The notes under the pieces: model-generated
What the model was told of the DNA's origin: nothing
Databases searched by the model: none
The model's input: the letters and a program-made list of their open reading frames with translations, nothing else
Made by a program: the position numbers and the translations under genes
NCBI GenBank assembly: GCA_011053055.1
Contig: DRHT01000014.1
Location: forward strand, 40,930 to 104,929
Length of the DNA stretch: 64,000 nt
Direction: 5' to 3'
Source of the DNA: Halopseudomonas sabulinigri
GTDB lineage: Bacteria; Pseudomonadota; Gammaproteobacteria; Pseudomonadales; Pseudomonadaceae
Part shown: positions 23,821 to 33,349 of the stretch, piece by piece
How the letters are laid out: each line of letters starts with the position of its first letter
How positions within the stretch are numbered: position 1 is the first letter of the stretch

Positions 23821-24078
23821 ATGGAACCGACCAATATGGTTGCCGAAGGCGTGGAACTGATGTTCCTGGGAATGGGATCAGTCTTTGGGTTTCTGATTTT
23901 GCTGGTCGCTAGTACCAGTCTTATGTCCGTTATCTTGTCACGCTATTTTCCTGAGGCGCTGCCTGCGCCTAAAAAGCCTGCACGCAAGCCTAGCGCTGCC
24001 CCTGCCAGTGTTGACCCGGATGTTGTCGCCGCCATCGGTGCTGCTATTAAGCAACATCGCTCGCGTCGCAGTTCCTGA
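23821..24078 (+). CDS. oadG: Oxaloacetate decarboxylase (Na+-pumping) gamma subunit
   Basis: 85 aa with a single N-terminal TM helix (GVELMFLGMGSVFGFLILL) and an Ala/Pro-rich linker. It lies directly upstream of oadA and oadB. Confidence 0.8.
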   Translation: MEPTNMVAEGVELMFLGMGSVFGFLILLVASTSLMSVILSRYFPEALPAPKKPARKPSAAPASVDPDVVAAIGAAIKQHRSRRSS

Positions 24079-24126
24079 CACCCCTTTCGCGGTTTTCACC
24101 ATTAAAATCATAAAGGCCATAACACT

Positions 24127-25899
24127 ATGACCGATACTAAAAAGCCCCTGGGCATTACCGATGTGATCCTGCGTGACGCACATCAATCCATTCTGGCGAC
24201 CCGTATGCGTCTTGATGACATGCTGCCGATCGCTGGCAAGCTTGATCAGATTGGCTTCTGGTCTGTCGAATCCTGGGGCGGGGCGACGTTTGATTCTTGC
24301 ATTCGCTATCTTGGCGAAGACCCATGGGAGCGTATCCGCGCGCTGAAACAAGCTATGCCGAACACCCGTCAGCAGATGTTGCTGCGTGGTCAGAATTTGT
24401 TGGGCTATCGTCACTATGCTGACGACGTGGTCGAGAAGTTTGTCGAGCGCGCTGCCGCGAATGGCGTAGACGTATTCCGCGTATTTGATGCAATGAACGA
24501 TCCGCGCAATCTGCAAACTGCACTGAAAGCCGTTAAAGCTCAGGGCAAGCACGCGCAAGGTACGATTTCCTACACCACCAGCCCGGTGCACACGCTGCAG
24601 ATGTGGGTTGATTTGGCCAAGCAGATCGAAGATATGGGTGCCGACTCCATCGCGATCAAGGATATGGCCGGGATTTTGAACCCCTATGTGGCGTTTGATC
24701 TGGTCACTCAGTTGAAGAGCACACTGAGCATTCCAGTACACATGCAGTGTCACGCGACTGCGGGCCTTTCAACTGCGGCGAACATGAAAGCGGCAGAGGC
24801 GGGTATCGATAACGTGGATACCGCGATTTCCTCTATGTCCATGACTTACGGCCACTCGCCGACCGAATCAGTGGTTGCGATCTTCCAGAACACCGAGCGT
24901 GATACGGGCCTGAACCTGGAGCTGCTGGAAGAAGTGGCGGCGTACTTCCGTGAAGTGCGGAAGAAGTACGCCAAGTTTGAAGGCAATCTCAAAGGTGTTG
25001 ATTCCCGTATTCTGGTCGCTCAAGTGCCAGGCGGCATGTTGACCAATATGGAAAGCCAGCTGAAAGAGCAGGGCGCCAGTGACAAGTTTGACGAAGTGCT
25101 GGCTGAAATCCCACGTGTGCGTGAAGACCTGGGCTTCATCCCGCTGGTAACCCCGACATCTCAGATTGTAGGCACTCAAGCGGTTATCAACGTGCTGACC
25201 GGTGAACGTTATAAATCGATCACCAAGGAAACTGCCGGTATTTTGAAAGGCGAGTATGGTGCTGCACCTGCTCCTTTCAATGCCGAGCTGCAGGCTCGCG
25301 TGCTGGATGGCGCTCAAGCGATCACTTGCCGCCCTGCGGATCTGCTTGAATCAGAAATGGACAAGCTGACGGTTGAGTTGAAAGGTCTGGCTAGCGAGAA
25401 GGGCATTAAACTCGCTGAGAACGAAATCGATGACGTACTTACCTACGCTCTGTTCCCGCAGATCGGCCTCAAGTTTTTGGAAAATCGTGGCAATCCTGAC
25501 GCCTTTGAACCCGTGCCAACTGGCAAGGAATTGCCGGCTGCTGTAAAGGGTGCAGGCCCTGAGGCTTATACGGTCGAGGTTAATGGTAAAGAGTACGTGG
25601 TTCAGGTGACCGAAGGCGGCGATATTGCCGGCATCAAGCCGATTGGCGAGAGTGCTGCTCCCGTCGCTGCTGCTCCGGTAGGCGAAGGCGAGGCGCAAAA
25701 CGCACCGTTGTCCGGCAACATCTTCAAGGTGCTGATCAATGTAGGCGATCAGATCGACGAAGGTGAAGTTGTGATGATTCTCGAAGCGATGAAGATGGAA
25801 ACTGAAGTACGCGCGATACGCGGCGGCACTGTCGCTTCCATTGACGTTAAGGTTGGCGACGCGGTTTCGGTCGGCGATACCTTGCTGACCGTAGGTTAA
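24127..25899 (+). CDS. oadA: Oxaloacetate decarboxylase alpha subunit (carboxyltransferase plus biotinyl domain)
   Basis: 590 aa with [12 protein letters not shown] at the N-terminus and the biotin attachment motif EAMKMETE near the C-terminus. Confidence 0.93.
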   Translation: MTDTKKPLGITDVILRDAHQSILATRMRLDDMLPIAGKLDQIGFWSVESWGGATFDSCIRYLGEDPWERIRALKQAMPNTRQQMLLRGQNLLGYRHYADDVVEKFVERAAANGVDVFRVFDAMNDPRNLQTALKAVKAQGKHAQGTISYTTSPVHTLQMWVDLAKQIEDMGADSIAIKDMAGILNPYVAFDLVTQLKSTLSIPVHMQCHATAGLSTAANMKAAEAGIDNVDTAISSMSMTYGHSPTESVVAIFQNTERDTGLNLELLEEVAAYFREVRKKYAKFEGNLKGVDSRILVAQVPGGMLTNMESQLKEQGASDKFDEVLAEIPRVREDLGFIPLVTPTSQIVGTQAVINVLTGERYKSITKETAGILKGEYGAAPAPFNAELQARVLDGAQAITCRPADLLESEMDKLTVELKGLASEKGIKLAENEIDDVLTYALFPQIGLKFLENRGNPDAFEPVPTGKELPAAVKGAGPEAYTVEVNGKEYVVQVTEGGDIAGIKPIGESAAPVAAAPVGEGEAQNAPLSGNIFKVLINVGDQIDEGEVVMILEAMKMETEVRAIRGGTVASIDVKVGDAVSVGDTLLTVG

Positions 25900-25909
25900 G
25901 GGGGAATTA

Positions 25910-27046
25910 ATGGATAAGCTCCTCCAACTGTGGCAGACCACAGGTATCTACCACATGGCTTGGGGACAGGCCGTGATGCTGGTGGTCTGTTTTGGTCTGA
26001 TCTACCTGGCGATTCGCAAGGGCTTTGAGCCGCTGTTGCTTATCCCTATCGGTTTTGGCGGCATTCTCGCCAACCTGCCGGTCGCCAACATGGCGCAGGG
26101 TAGCGGTATTCTTCACTTGATCTACGAAGTGGGCCTGCCAACCAGCGTGTTCCCACTGCTGATCTTCATGGGCGTGGGCGCCATGACGGACTTTGGTCCG
26201 ATGTTGGCAAATCCACGCACCTTGCTGCTGGGCGCCGCTGCGCAATTCGGTATTTTTGGTACGTTGCTGGGCGCTTTGGCGCTTACCTCGGCAGGTATAC
26301 CGGGCTTTGAGTTCAGCATGAAGGAGGCCGCTTCCATCGCCATTATCGGTGGTGCGGATGGTCCAACCTCGATCTTTGTGACTTCGAAGCTGGCGCCAGA
26401 TTTGCTGGGTCCGATTGCTGTTGCGGCCTACTCCTACATGGCGTTGGTACCGCTGCTGCAACCGCCGATCATGCGTGCTCTGACCTCGCAGAAAGAGCGC
26501 GGCATTGTCATGACGCAGTTGCGTGTGGTCAGCAAGGCCGAGAAGATTATCTTCCCGCTATTGCTGCTCATGCTGGTCGCACTTTTGTTGCCCGATGCAG
26601 CGCCTCTTCTCGGCATGTTGTGTTTCGGTAACCTGATGCGCGAATCTGGTGTGGTTGAGCGTTTGGCTGATACTAGCCGCAATGCGCTGATCAACATCGT
26701 GACCATAGGTCTGGGTCTGGCGGTCGGCTCCAAGTTGTCTGCTGAGTCTTTTCTGCAAATCAAGACTCTCGGCATCCTGGTTCTGGGCATGTTGGCCTTC
26801 TGCGCTGGTACTGCAGCGGGTGTCTTGATGGCCAAGCTGCTGAACGTGTTCAGCAAAACGCCGATCAATCCGCTGATTGGCTCCGCTGGTGTGTCTGCGG
26901 TGCCGATGGCGGCACGTGTGTCGAACAAGGTAGGTCTGGAAACCAATCCGCACAACTTCCTGCTGATGCATGCGATGGGTCCAAACCTCGCGGGTGTAAT
27001 CGGTTCGGCAGTAGCGGCGGGTGTCCTGCTTAACTTTGCTGGCTAA
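25910..27046 (+). CDS. oadB: Oxaloacetate decarboxylase beta subunit (Na+ pump)
   Basis: 378 aa polytopic membrane protein with OadB/GcdB-family blocks (IIGGADGPT; [15 protein letters not shown]). Confidence 0.93.
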   Translation: MDKLLQLWQTTGIYHMAWGQAVMLVVCFGLIYLAIRKGFEPLLLIPIGFGGILANLPVANMAQGSGILHLIYEVGLPTSVFPLLIFMGVGAMTDFGPMLANPRTLLLGAAAQFGIFGTLLGALALTSAGIPGFEFSMKEAASIAIIGGADGPTSIFVTSKLAPDLLGPIAVAAYSYMALVPLLQPPIMRALTSQKERGIVMTQLRVVSKAEKIIFPLLLLMLVALLLPDAAPLLGMLCFGNLMRESGVVERLADTSRNALINIVTIGLGLAVGSKLSAESFLQIKTLGILVLGMLAFCAGTAAGVLMAKLLNVFSKTPINPLIGSAGVSAVPMAARVSNKVGLETNPHNFLLMHAMGPNLAGVIGSAVAAGVLLNFAG

Positions 27047-27062
27047 GCTGTTTTCTGGTCGT

Positions 27063-27091
27063 AAAAAACCCGCTCATTGAACGGGTTTTTT
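27063..27091 (+). terminator. Rho-independent terminator after oadB
   Basis: AAAAAACCCG-CTCATTGAA-CGGGTTTTTT. Confidence 0.8.
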
Positions 27092-27136
27092 ATTGCGTTA
27101 TCTATTACAGGCTTGAAGCGATGATTTCGCTGAGCC

Positions 27137-27460
27137 TTATTGTTGCTCGTTGACCAGCAAAGCCAGCAGAGCGTTTTGCTGGCGACGACTCATCTCCCGG
27201 AAGCGTGTTAGCAGCTCCTGTTCTGGAGACGATAAGCCTTCAAGCTGCTGTTCATTCAGCAGTTGGCGCGAGGGCTGAGTCTGCTCTGGGAGAATAGGCA
27301 GGTCGAGCAAGCTATGCTCAAGACGAGCAATGATCTCGGAATTCATGCTGCGGTGATGTTGTTTAGCGACTTCGGCGACGCGATCGCGCATGCCCTGCGG
27401 CAGACGCACAACAAATTTGTCTGCAGTGCGGCTGGTGTAGTGTTGAGTAGCAGTTTTCAT
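27137..27460 (-). CDS. amrZ: Arc/ribbon-helix-helix transcription factor AmrZ (AlgZ)
   Basis: Track ORF trimmed to [51 protein letters not shown] (107 aa). The [10 protein letters not shown]...[14 protein letters not shown] core matches P. aeruginosa AmrZ as I recall it. Confidence 0.85.
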   Translation of the reverse strand: MKTATQHYTSRTADKFVVRLPQGMRDRVAEVAKQHHRSMNSEIIARLEHSLLDLPILPEQTQPSRQLLNEQQLEGLSSPEQELLTRFREMSRRQQNALLALLVNEQQ

Positions 27461-27793
27461 AGGGCAACAATAATCGCTTGTATGAAGTGAATCGATACCG
27501 GCCAAATAGCGCAGATGCTGCGAACTGCGTTCGGGGAGGTCCGTGACGCGGCCGAATAATGAACAATATAATTATAGACAACTAGTAGCTGCTAAGTGCC
27601 CTAGTTAAACCTGTTTTTTTGCAGTATGCCAGTACGCGACAGAAAAATGTCTTCGTTTTGTGACGGAATTACGACGAATGGCATTGGGCCATGCTAAATG
27701 CTGCGGTGGCAGACCACCGTAGTATTCAGTTAAGATACGGCCTGAATTGATTGAATTCAACGAGTTGGCAACGTCAGTTCGGTTATTTGTGAT

Positions 27794-27870
27794 GCGCTTG
27801 TAGCTCAGCTGGATAGAGCGACCGCCTCCTAAGCGGTAGGTCCCCGGTTCGAATCCGGGCTCGCGTACCA
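27794..27870 (+). tRNA. tRNA-Arg (anticodon CCU) with an imperfect acceptor stem
   Basis: Hand fold: GCGCTTG TA GCTC AGCTGGATA GAGC G ACCGC CTCCTAA GCGGT AGGTC CCCGG TTCGAAT CCGGG CTCGCGT A CCA. The D, anticodon and T arms are perfect. The acceptor stem has G1-U72, U5/C68 and U6/U67. Confidence 0.75.
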
Positions 27871-28553
27871 ACCAAATCAAATGGTTACGATTTATTGCAC
27901 AACGGTTCCGATTACTTTTTGACTGTTTCATGACGGTCCTGCCCTCTTTTACTCCGCTTTTTCTTGCCCAGTTACCCGACGCGCCGACGCTTGGGAATAC
28001 GAGTTGGTTATCTTCCAGATTTTCACTGGATTGTTTTCCAGCGCAGAAAGCCATTTTCCAGGAAGTAATTGTTCGCCTCTATAAATTAGCCGCTGACGCA
28101 GACTCGGATTTCCTGTGCCAGAAGGTATCCCAGGGCGTGCTCTCCATGCGGGCTTGCATAAACAAATAGAGTGTTTGGCATAGCGCTCTCAGCAGGGGGA
28201 TATGCGCATGTTTTTTTACTGTAGAGCGGCTGTGGATGCGGTCATATCATGGGGGATAATAAGAACAATACCCAGGGCTTGCGCATAAAAATCTGTATTG
28301 GATGCCGTTGATGAGATGTTAATATGCCACTACATAAGAAGTGGCCATTTATTTTTTTGGCGCCTATGCTCGCTACTTTTTGCACTGACTTAATTGAATA
28401 GACTCAATAATCTTATGTGCTTATTTCGGTTTGTTGACATTTCAACAGGGCCGCGTACAAGGGAATGAAGCTTGTGGATTTTTAAAAACACCACCAAACC
28501 CGGCGCGAAGCTGTCCAACCGAATAGTCAGTTTAAAAACACAGGGGAGTTCCG

Positions 28554-29324
28554 ATGATGGCCGAAAAATCAACAAGTTGCGATAGGCCAGGCTGCAGTCG
28601 CTGCGCTGACAAAAAGGACCTAGACTTCGATTTTACGATGGCCTTCCAGCCTATTGTGAACTGCAGAGATCAGCGTGTATTTGGTTATGAGGCGCTGGTA
28701 CGAGGCAAAAATAACGAGTCTGCTTACTCGATTATTTCTCGTATTAATGATGATAATCGGTATGCCTTTGACCAGCAGTGCAGAGTCACAGCCATCGCTC
28801 TCGCTGCGAAGCTGGGTATCGATTCCATACTGAGCATCAACTTTTTACCGAACGCTATTTACAAGCCCGAACTCTGTATTCGCACCACCTTTGAAGCGGC
28901 CAAACAGTATGGCTTCCCGACTGAACGGATCATGTTTGAGTTCACCGAAGTCGAGAAAATTGAAGACAGTAATCATATAAAGAAAGTGGTGGAGCATTAT
29001 CAAGCGTTGGGTTTTAAAACGGCTACCGATGATTTTGGCGCCGGATACTCTGGGCTCAACCTGCTAGCTGATTTTCAGACCGATATCGTTAAACTGGATA
29101 TGGGACTGATTCGCAACATACACACAGATAAAGCGCGACAGGTTATTGTCAGGCATTGTGTGAACATGCTCAAAGATCTCAACATAACGCCGCTGGCTGA
29201 AGGCATAGAAACGCATGAAGAGTACTTTTGGCTGCTCGATGCTGGGGTTGAGTTGATGCAAGGATACCTTTTGGCGAAACCGGGTTTTGAATGCTTGCCC
29301 GAGGTTAACTTTATATCCAGCTAA
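28554..29324 (+). CDS. Stand-alone EAL-domain protein (putative c-di-GMP phosphodiesterase)
   Basis: 256 aa with the complete EAL signature set: FQPIV, EALVRG, NFLPNA, EFTE, DDFGAGYSGLN, KLDMGLIRNI, AEGIET, QGYLLAKP. A short N-terminal extension carries CX4CX2C. An SD (GGGGAG) lies upstream. Confidence 0.9.
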   Translation: MMAEKSTSCDRPGCSRCADKKDLDFDFTMAFQPIVNCRDQRVFGYEALVRGKNNESAYSIISRINDDNRYAFDQQCRVTAIALAAKLGIDSILSINFLPNAIYKPELCIRTTFEAAKQYGFPTERIMFEFTEVEKIEDSNHIKKVVEHYQALGFKTATDDFGAGYSGLNLLADFQTDIVKLDMGLIRNIHTDKARQVIVRHCVNMLKDLNITPLAEGIETHEEYFWLLDAGVELMQGYLLAKPGFECLPEVNFISS

Positions 29325-29439
29325 GACTGGCGTGATGCAGGTGCGCTAGGAATGACGGCTGTGGAACCTCATGGAAGGCTGGGTTACTTGAAACTTAGTT
29401 GATTTTAAATCATTTATTGGCCGGTAGGGTTAGCAAGGC

Positions 29440-30378
29440 ATGACGTCTTCGTTGTTGCAATGGTGCTTACAAGCCCCGACTGAAACCGTACTTATGGACT
29501 CAGCAGACAGCTGGTTGCAGGTATGGCATCAGTTACCGTTTGCGCAGGCGACACCTATGGCTCTTGCTGTTATGGGTGGGTTCCAGGCGGATCGCCCCGC
29601 ATGGGTTTTTGCCAGTGGCTACCAGGCGGCATTGCGTTCGGTATTTCCGGGCACAGCTGGCCCTGGGCTCTTTGCCTTTTGTTTGACTGAAGAAGGTGGT
29701 CATGGTGCACGAAACCTGAGTACCACGTGGTCGGCTGACGGTAGCGAGGGTATTGGAGTGACCGGGGCCAAGGGCTGGACTCCATTGTTCCAGCATTACA
29801 GTGCTTATTTTGTTGCTTGCCAGTCAAGGGAGCAGGAGCCTAACGCTGAGGCGTGTTTTCGCGTGGTCCGACTACCCGCAGATACCGACGGAGTCAGCTT
29901 CGAAGCGCGCACTCCAGGCCGTTTTTTACCAGAGTTACCAACAGCCCGAATGCAGGTACAGGTCTCGTGTTTGAGTGCTTCCGCGTTGTTGCCCGGGGAT
30001 GGCTGGAGTGAGTACGCCAAGCCGTTTTCGGCGCAGGAGGAGCTGTACGTTACCGCTGCGTTGTTGGCTTATCTGTTACGCGAAGGGCGTGCTCATGATT
30101 GGCCGCAGCACTATGTGCAGCAACTGGTTGGCGCGCTCTCACTGCTGTGCTCGCTGGTAGATACTAAGCTGGATACCGCGATTGAACTGGTGACGCTCTC
30201 CGGCGCCACGACTTGGGCTCGTACCCTTTTTGCAGAGGCCACGGATTTTTGGCAACAGTCCCCGGATGACGTTCGCGCGACACGCTGGTTCAGAGATAAG
30301 CCCATCCAAACCCTCTGGGCCGGTAGTAGCGAAAAGCGCGGGGCCAAAGCTTGGGCCGCTCTTTCCAACGCGGGCTGA
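29440..30378 (+). CDS. Acyl-CoA dehydrogenase-fold protein of unknown function
   Basis: 312 aa. MGGFQADRPAWVFASGYQAALR and IGVTGAKGWTP resemble the ACAD middle and C-terminal domains. The canonical N-terminal helical domain seems absent. The call is from memory of family motifs only. Confidence 0.55.
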   Translation: MTSSLLQWCLQAPTETVLMDSADSWLQVWHQLPFAQATPMALAVMGGFQADRPAWVFASGYQAALRSVFPGTAGPGLFAFCLTEEGGHGARNLSTTWSADGSEGIGVTGAKGWTPLFQHYSAYFVACQSREQEPNAEACFRVVRLPADTDGVSFEARTPGRFLPELPTARMQVQVSCLSASALLPGDGWSEYAKPFSAQEELYVTAALLAYLLREGRAHDWPQHYVQQLVGALSLLCSLVDTKLDTAIELVTLSGATTWARTLFAEATDFWQQSPDDVRATRWFRDKPIQTLWAGSSEKRGAKAWAALSNAG

Positions 30379-30443
30379 GCTAAGTGCAATTGCTGGTATT
30401 CTTTAAGCTTTTTGGATAAACCATACAAGAAAGTGAAGTTGAT

Positions 30444-30788
30444 ATGGCGGATGCGCGAGCAAATAACGGCGACTCTGTGGCGCAGCCCAGGCTCCAAGCC
30501 CGCGAGGTCTATCAAGTGCTCAAAGATTTGGCGCTTGGGGTTCGTAACCTGCACGAAAGCCGCCCTGGTCGGTGGCACGAGGTGAGCACCGGCGCGATGC
30601 GATTGGAGGTGGACGGATATACCATCACTCTTTTCAAAGACGCGGGTGTGCTGGACTACTGCGCGGCCTGCGAGGCGATCGATGGGCGTCGGGCCGACGT
30701 GCATTGTTGGCCGGGCGCAGGAACTGATCCGCTGGAGCTGCTGAGTGTCTGGGAGCGTACGCAATTGGAGAAGGTGCTGGCGGCTTAG
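30444..30788 (+). CDS. Conserved hypothetical protein (114 aa)
   Basis: ATG ORF. AREVYQVLKDLALG...GYTITLFKDAGVLDYCAACEAIDGRR...GTDPLELLSVWE resembles a small family of uncharacterised Pseudomonas proteins that I recall. The function is unknown. Confidence 0.5.
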   Translation: MADARANNGDSVAQPRLQAREVYQVLKDLALGVRNLHESRPGRWHEVSTGAMRLEVDGYTITLFKDAGVLDYCAACEAIDGRRADVHCWPGAGTDPLELLSVWERTQLEKVLAA

Positions 30789-31151
30789 TAAAGCACCTTA
30801 TAGAAGCGAGAGAGGGCGGTGAACGCCGTCTTTAGTAGTGCAGCAATGTTCAATCTTGCTTTTTAAAAGGCAGATTTTCCAGCATGTGTATTTTCTGTAA
30901 CGCCACACCTGTAATCTCCGCCTGCAATCTGGCTAAACGAGCCACTGTTGCCTAGTGTTCAGCTTTTGCTGTGGAACTCGCGTCCTGGCTGTTCGGTCAA
31001 CAGGTCAGCTTAACGTCGGTTTTAATTACAATTGCTGTGTCGCAGCAAGGTGATTAAACGTCATCCTAGGGTTCAATAGCAGGCCCGGTTGGGCGTTAGC
31101 TGTTATATCTATTTAATATGCTTTAATCGACTATTCCTTACCGGAGCACTG

Positions 31152-32495
31152 ATGTCTCAAGCACTGATGGCGTTTTCCTCACTGTACTTCGCAACCCTGC
31201 TTATGCTGCTTGGTAGCGGTCTGCTGAGTACCTATCTAGGCTTGTATCTGGCCGCCAAAGGTGTGAGCGAAATCTGGATCGGTGTGTTGATGACGGGGTA
31301 CTACGTAGGCTTGGTCATGGGCGCTTCGGTCGGCCACAAATTGATCGCGCGGGTCGGTCACATCCGTGCTTTTGTTGCCAGCGCGGGGGTGGTGACTGCT
31401 TCCGTGTTAGGGCACGCTCTGACCGACAACGTCTCGGTCTGGTTGGCGTTACGGGTTCTAGCGGGCATGGCAATGATGTGCCAATACATGGTGCTGGAGA
31501 GTTGGTTGAACGAGCAGGCTGAGTCTCACCAGCGTGGTATGGTCTTCGCCAGTTACATGGTCGTGACCTTCCTTGGGCTAGTGCTGGGTCAGGTGGTATT
31601 TACTGTGATGCCTGATCTGCAAATCAAGCATCTGTTGTTTGTCGCTATGTGCTTTTCACTGTGTCTTGTGCCGGTAGCGGTGACCAAGCAAATTCACCCA
31701 GCGCCGCTGCATCCCGCGCCGCTCAAAGTTAAGCTCTTCGTGGAGCGCATTCCGCAGGCGCTGACCACCATTGTGGTGGCTGGCCTGATGTTGGGCGCCT
31801 TCTATGGTATGGCGCCGGTGTTTGCGAAAACCGAGGGTCTGACCACCTCGCAGATCGGTATTTTTATGGCGGTCACCATTTGTGCTGGTTTGATGGCGCA
31901 ATGGCCGGCTGGCTGGCTGTCAGACCGGGTGGATCGCAGTCACTTGATTCAGCTGAATGCCATTGTGCTGACTGGCGTGTCGGTATTGATGGCGCTGGAT
32001 TTATTGCCGGGCATGGCTCTGATGATATTGACGGCCATCTTTGGTTTTCTGGTATTTACCCTATACCCGCTGGCGGTGGCTTTGGCTAATGACCACGTGG
32101 AGCCCGACGATCGGGTGCCGTTATCCGCCATGTTGTTGCTCACCTTCGGCTTAGGTGCCAGTGTTGGGCCGTTGGCCAGCTCTGCAATGATGAAGATGTG
32201 GGGCCCTGAAATGCTCTACATTTTCATGGCGTGCTGCTCTATGGTATTGGTATTCAGGGTCCGTGCAGGTGCGGTCACCGGGGAGCACTTGGTGGAAGAG
32301 GCGCCGCTGCACTTTATGCCGGCCGCCGGTAACCTGGTGAGTTCATCATTGGCAGCTGCTATGGACCCACGGGTCGACGAACAGGCAGTGGCGGATCAGA
32401 TGCAAGACGATATTGTTGAAGAGCCGCAAGAGCCGCTGACAGAGGCCGAGGTGGCTGCAGCCGATGCAGATCAGGACGATCACCGTCCTGGTTAG
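31152..32495 (+). CDS. MFS transporter (YcaD-like) with an acidic C-terminal tail
   Basis: Track ORF 31089..32495 trimmed to ATG 31152 (MSQALMAFSSLYFATLLMLLGSG). It has 12 predicted TM segments with YcaD-like blocks (WLALRVLAGMAMMCQYMVLESWLNE). The last ~60 aa are Asp/Glu-rich. Confidence 0.85.
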   Translation: MSQALMAFSSLYFATLLMLLGSGLLSTYLGLYLAAKGVSEIWIGVLMTGYYVGLVMGASVGHKLIARVGHIRAFVASAGVVTASVLGHALTDNVSVWLALRVLAGMAMMCQYMVLESWLNEQAESHQRGMVFASYMVVTFLGLVLGQVVFTVMPDLQIKHLLFVAMCFSLCLVPVAVTKQIHPAPLHPAPLKVKLFVERIPQALTTIVVAGLMLGAFYGMAPVFAKTEGLTTSQIGIFMAVTICAGLMAQWPAGWLSDRVDRSHLIQLNAIVLTGVSVLMALDLLPGMALMILTAIFGFLVFTLYPLAVALANDHVEPDDRVPLSAMLLLTFGLGASVGPLASSAMMKMWGPEMLYIFMACCSMVLVFRVRAGAVTGEHLVEEAPLHFMPAAGNLVSSSLAAAMDPRVDEQAVADQMQDDIVEEPQEPLTEAEVAAADADQDDHRPG

Positions 32496-32514
32496 CAGGC
32501 CTTGGCAGCAGAGA

Positions 32515-33264
32515 CTAAAACAGGTCTTCTTTCTCGATACGGCGGGCTTCGCGCTGTAGGTAGTTCACGAATTTATCTATTTGTCGTTGAGCCAGCGGCG
32601 ATGGTTGCTGAAAGTGGATGCCGACGTGGGTCTCGTTAGCGGTTTCCATAAAAACTGCGTGGCGTATTTCTACGGCTAACTCCAGTCTTCCGGTTTCCGG
32701 CAGCTGCAAATAGCAGGGTGTGAACACTTCGCCCGGCTGCAGCGATTTGCTCAAGTCGCCATCGAGGCGGATCTTGCAGCCGGTTGCTGAAATATCCATC
32801 AAATAGGATTTCAGTGTACGTTCGCGCTCCGCATGATTCAGCTCCAGAGGGATGTCTGCTGTGCGGCGCACTCCAGCGCGAAAGGCACCGCGCTTTTGGT
32901 GATAGGTCAGTTCTTCCGGGAATTTTGCAGCGTAAGCCGGGGCGTCATCGAGCATGACTTGAGCCGCACCTGGGCAGCTCCAGCGCATGTGAATCCCCTC
33001 ATGCCAGGCATCAACCTTAAAAGCTTCGCCTTGGCTGGCGTAGCGATCACCCTCACGTGGGATCATTTCGTCGATCCACAGCTCACCGCTATTGGTATCC
33101 AGGTTCACGATAAAGCTCTGAAACTTCTGCAGGCGATCATCAAAGGTGATGATTAAGGGGTCGCGAGACAACATTAATGTCTTCAGCAGCGCAGTGATTT
33201 CAATGGGGGAGCGAATATCGCGCGGCGGCTGTGGGCCAGCTTCTTGTGAGAATAGGGTAGACAC
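32515..33264 (-). CDS. flgZ: PilZ-domain flagellar brake protein (YcgR/FlgZ family)
   Basis: 249 aa with a GTG start. It has a YcgR-N-like N-half and a PilZ C-half with RxxxR (KRGAFRAGVRR) and DxSxxG (DISATGCKI). It sits downstream of flgMN, as FlgZ does in Pseudomonas. Confidence 0.85.
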   Translation of the reverse strand: MSTLFSQEAGPQPPRDIRSPIEITALLKTLMLSRDPLIITFDDRLQKFQSFIVNLDTNSGELWIDEMIPREGDRYASQGEAFKVDAWHEGIHMRWSCPGAAQVMLDDAPAYAAKFPEELTYHQKRGAFRAGVRRTADIPLELNHAERERTLKSYLMDISATGCKIRLDGDLSKSLQPGEVFTPCYLQLPETGRLELAVEIRHAVFMETANETHVGIHFQQPSPLAQRQIDKFVNYLQREARRIEKEDLF

Positions 33265-33349
33265 TTAAGGCTCTCGGTATTATTAGTTTGGCAAACCGTT
33301 AGTTGGCTAGAGCCTTACTATACAGCAAGCTGGCGGATTGGCATCAGTC

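Noticed and set aside
23938-24753. 271-aa minus-strand ORF
   Set aside because: It is antisense to oadG and oadA, which have clear signatures. It is a shadow ORF.
27605-28054. 149-aa minus-strand ORF
   Set aside because: It runs antisense through tRNA-Arg(CCU). The EPGFEPGTYRLGGGRSIQLSYKR stretch is just the translated tRNA complement. It has no SD.
27930-28169. 79-aa plus-strand ORF downstream of tRNA-Arg(CCU)
   Set aside because: It has no ribosome-binding site, no recognisable family and sits in AT-rich DNA. It is kept only as a possible pseudogene remnant in the finding on that region.
30111-30764. 217-aa minus-strand ORF
   Set aside because: It overlaps the 3' end of the ACAD-like gene and the whole 114-aa plus-strand ORF. 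It has Arg/Ala/Ser-rich shadow composition. The plus-strand ORFs have better starts and recognisable similarity.
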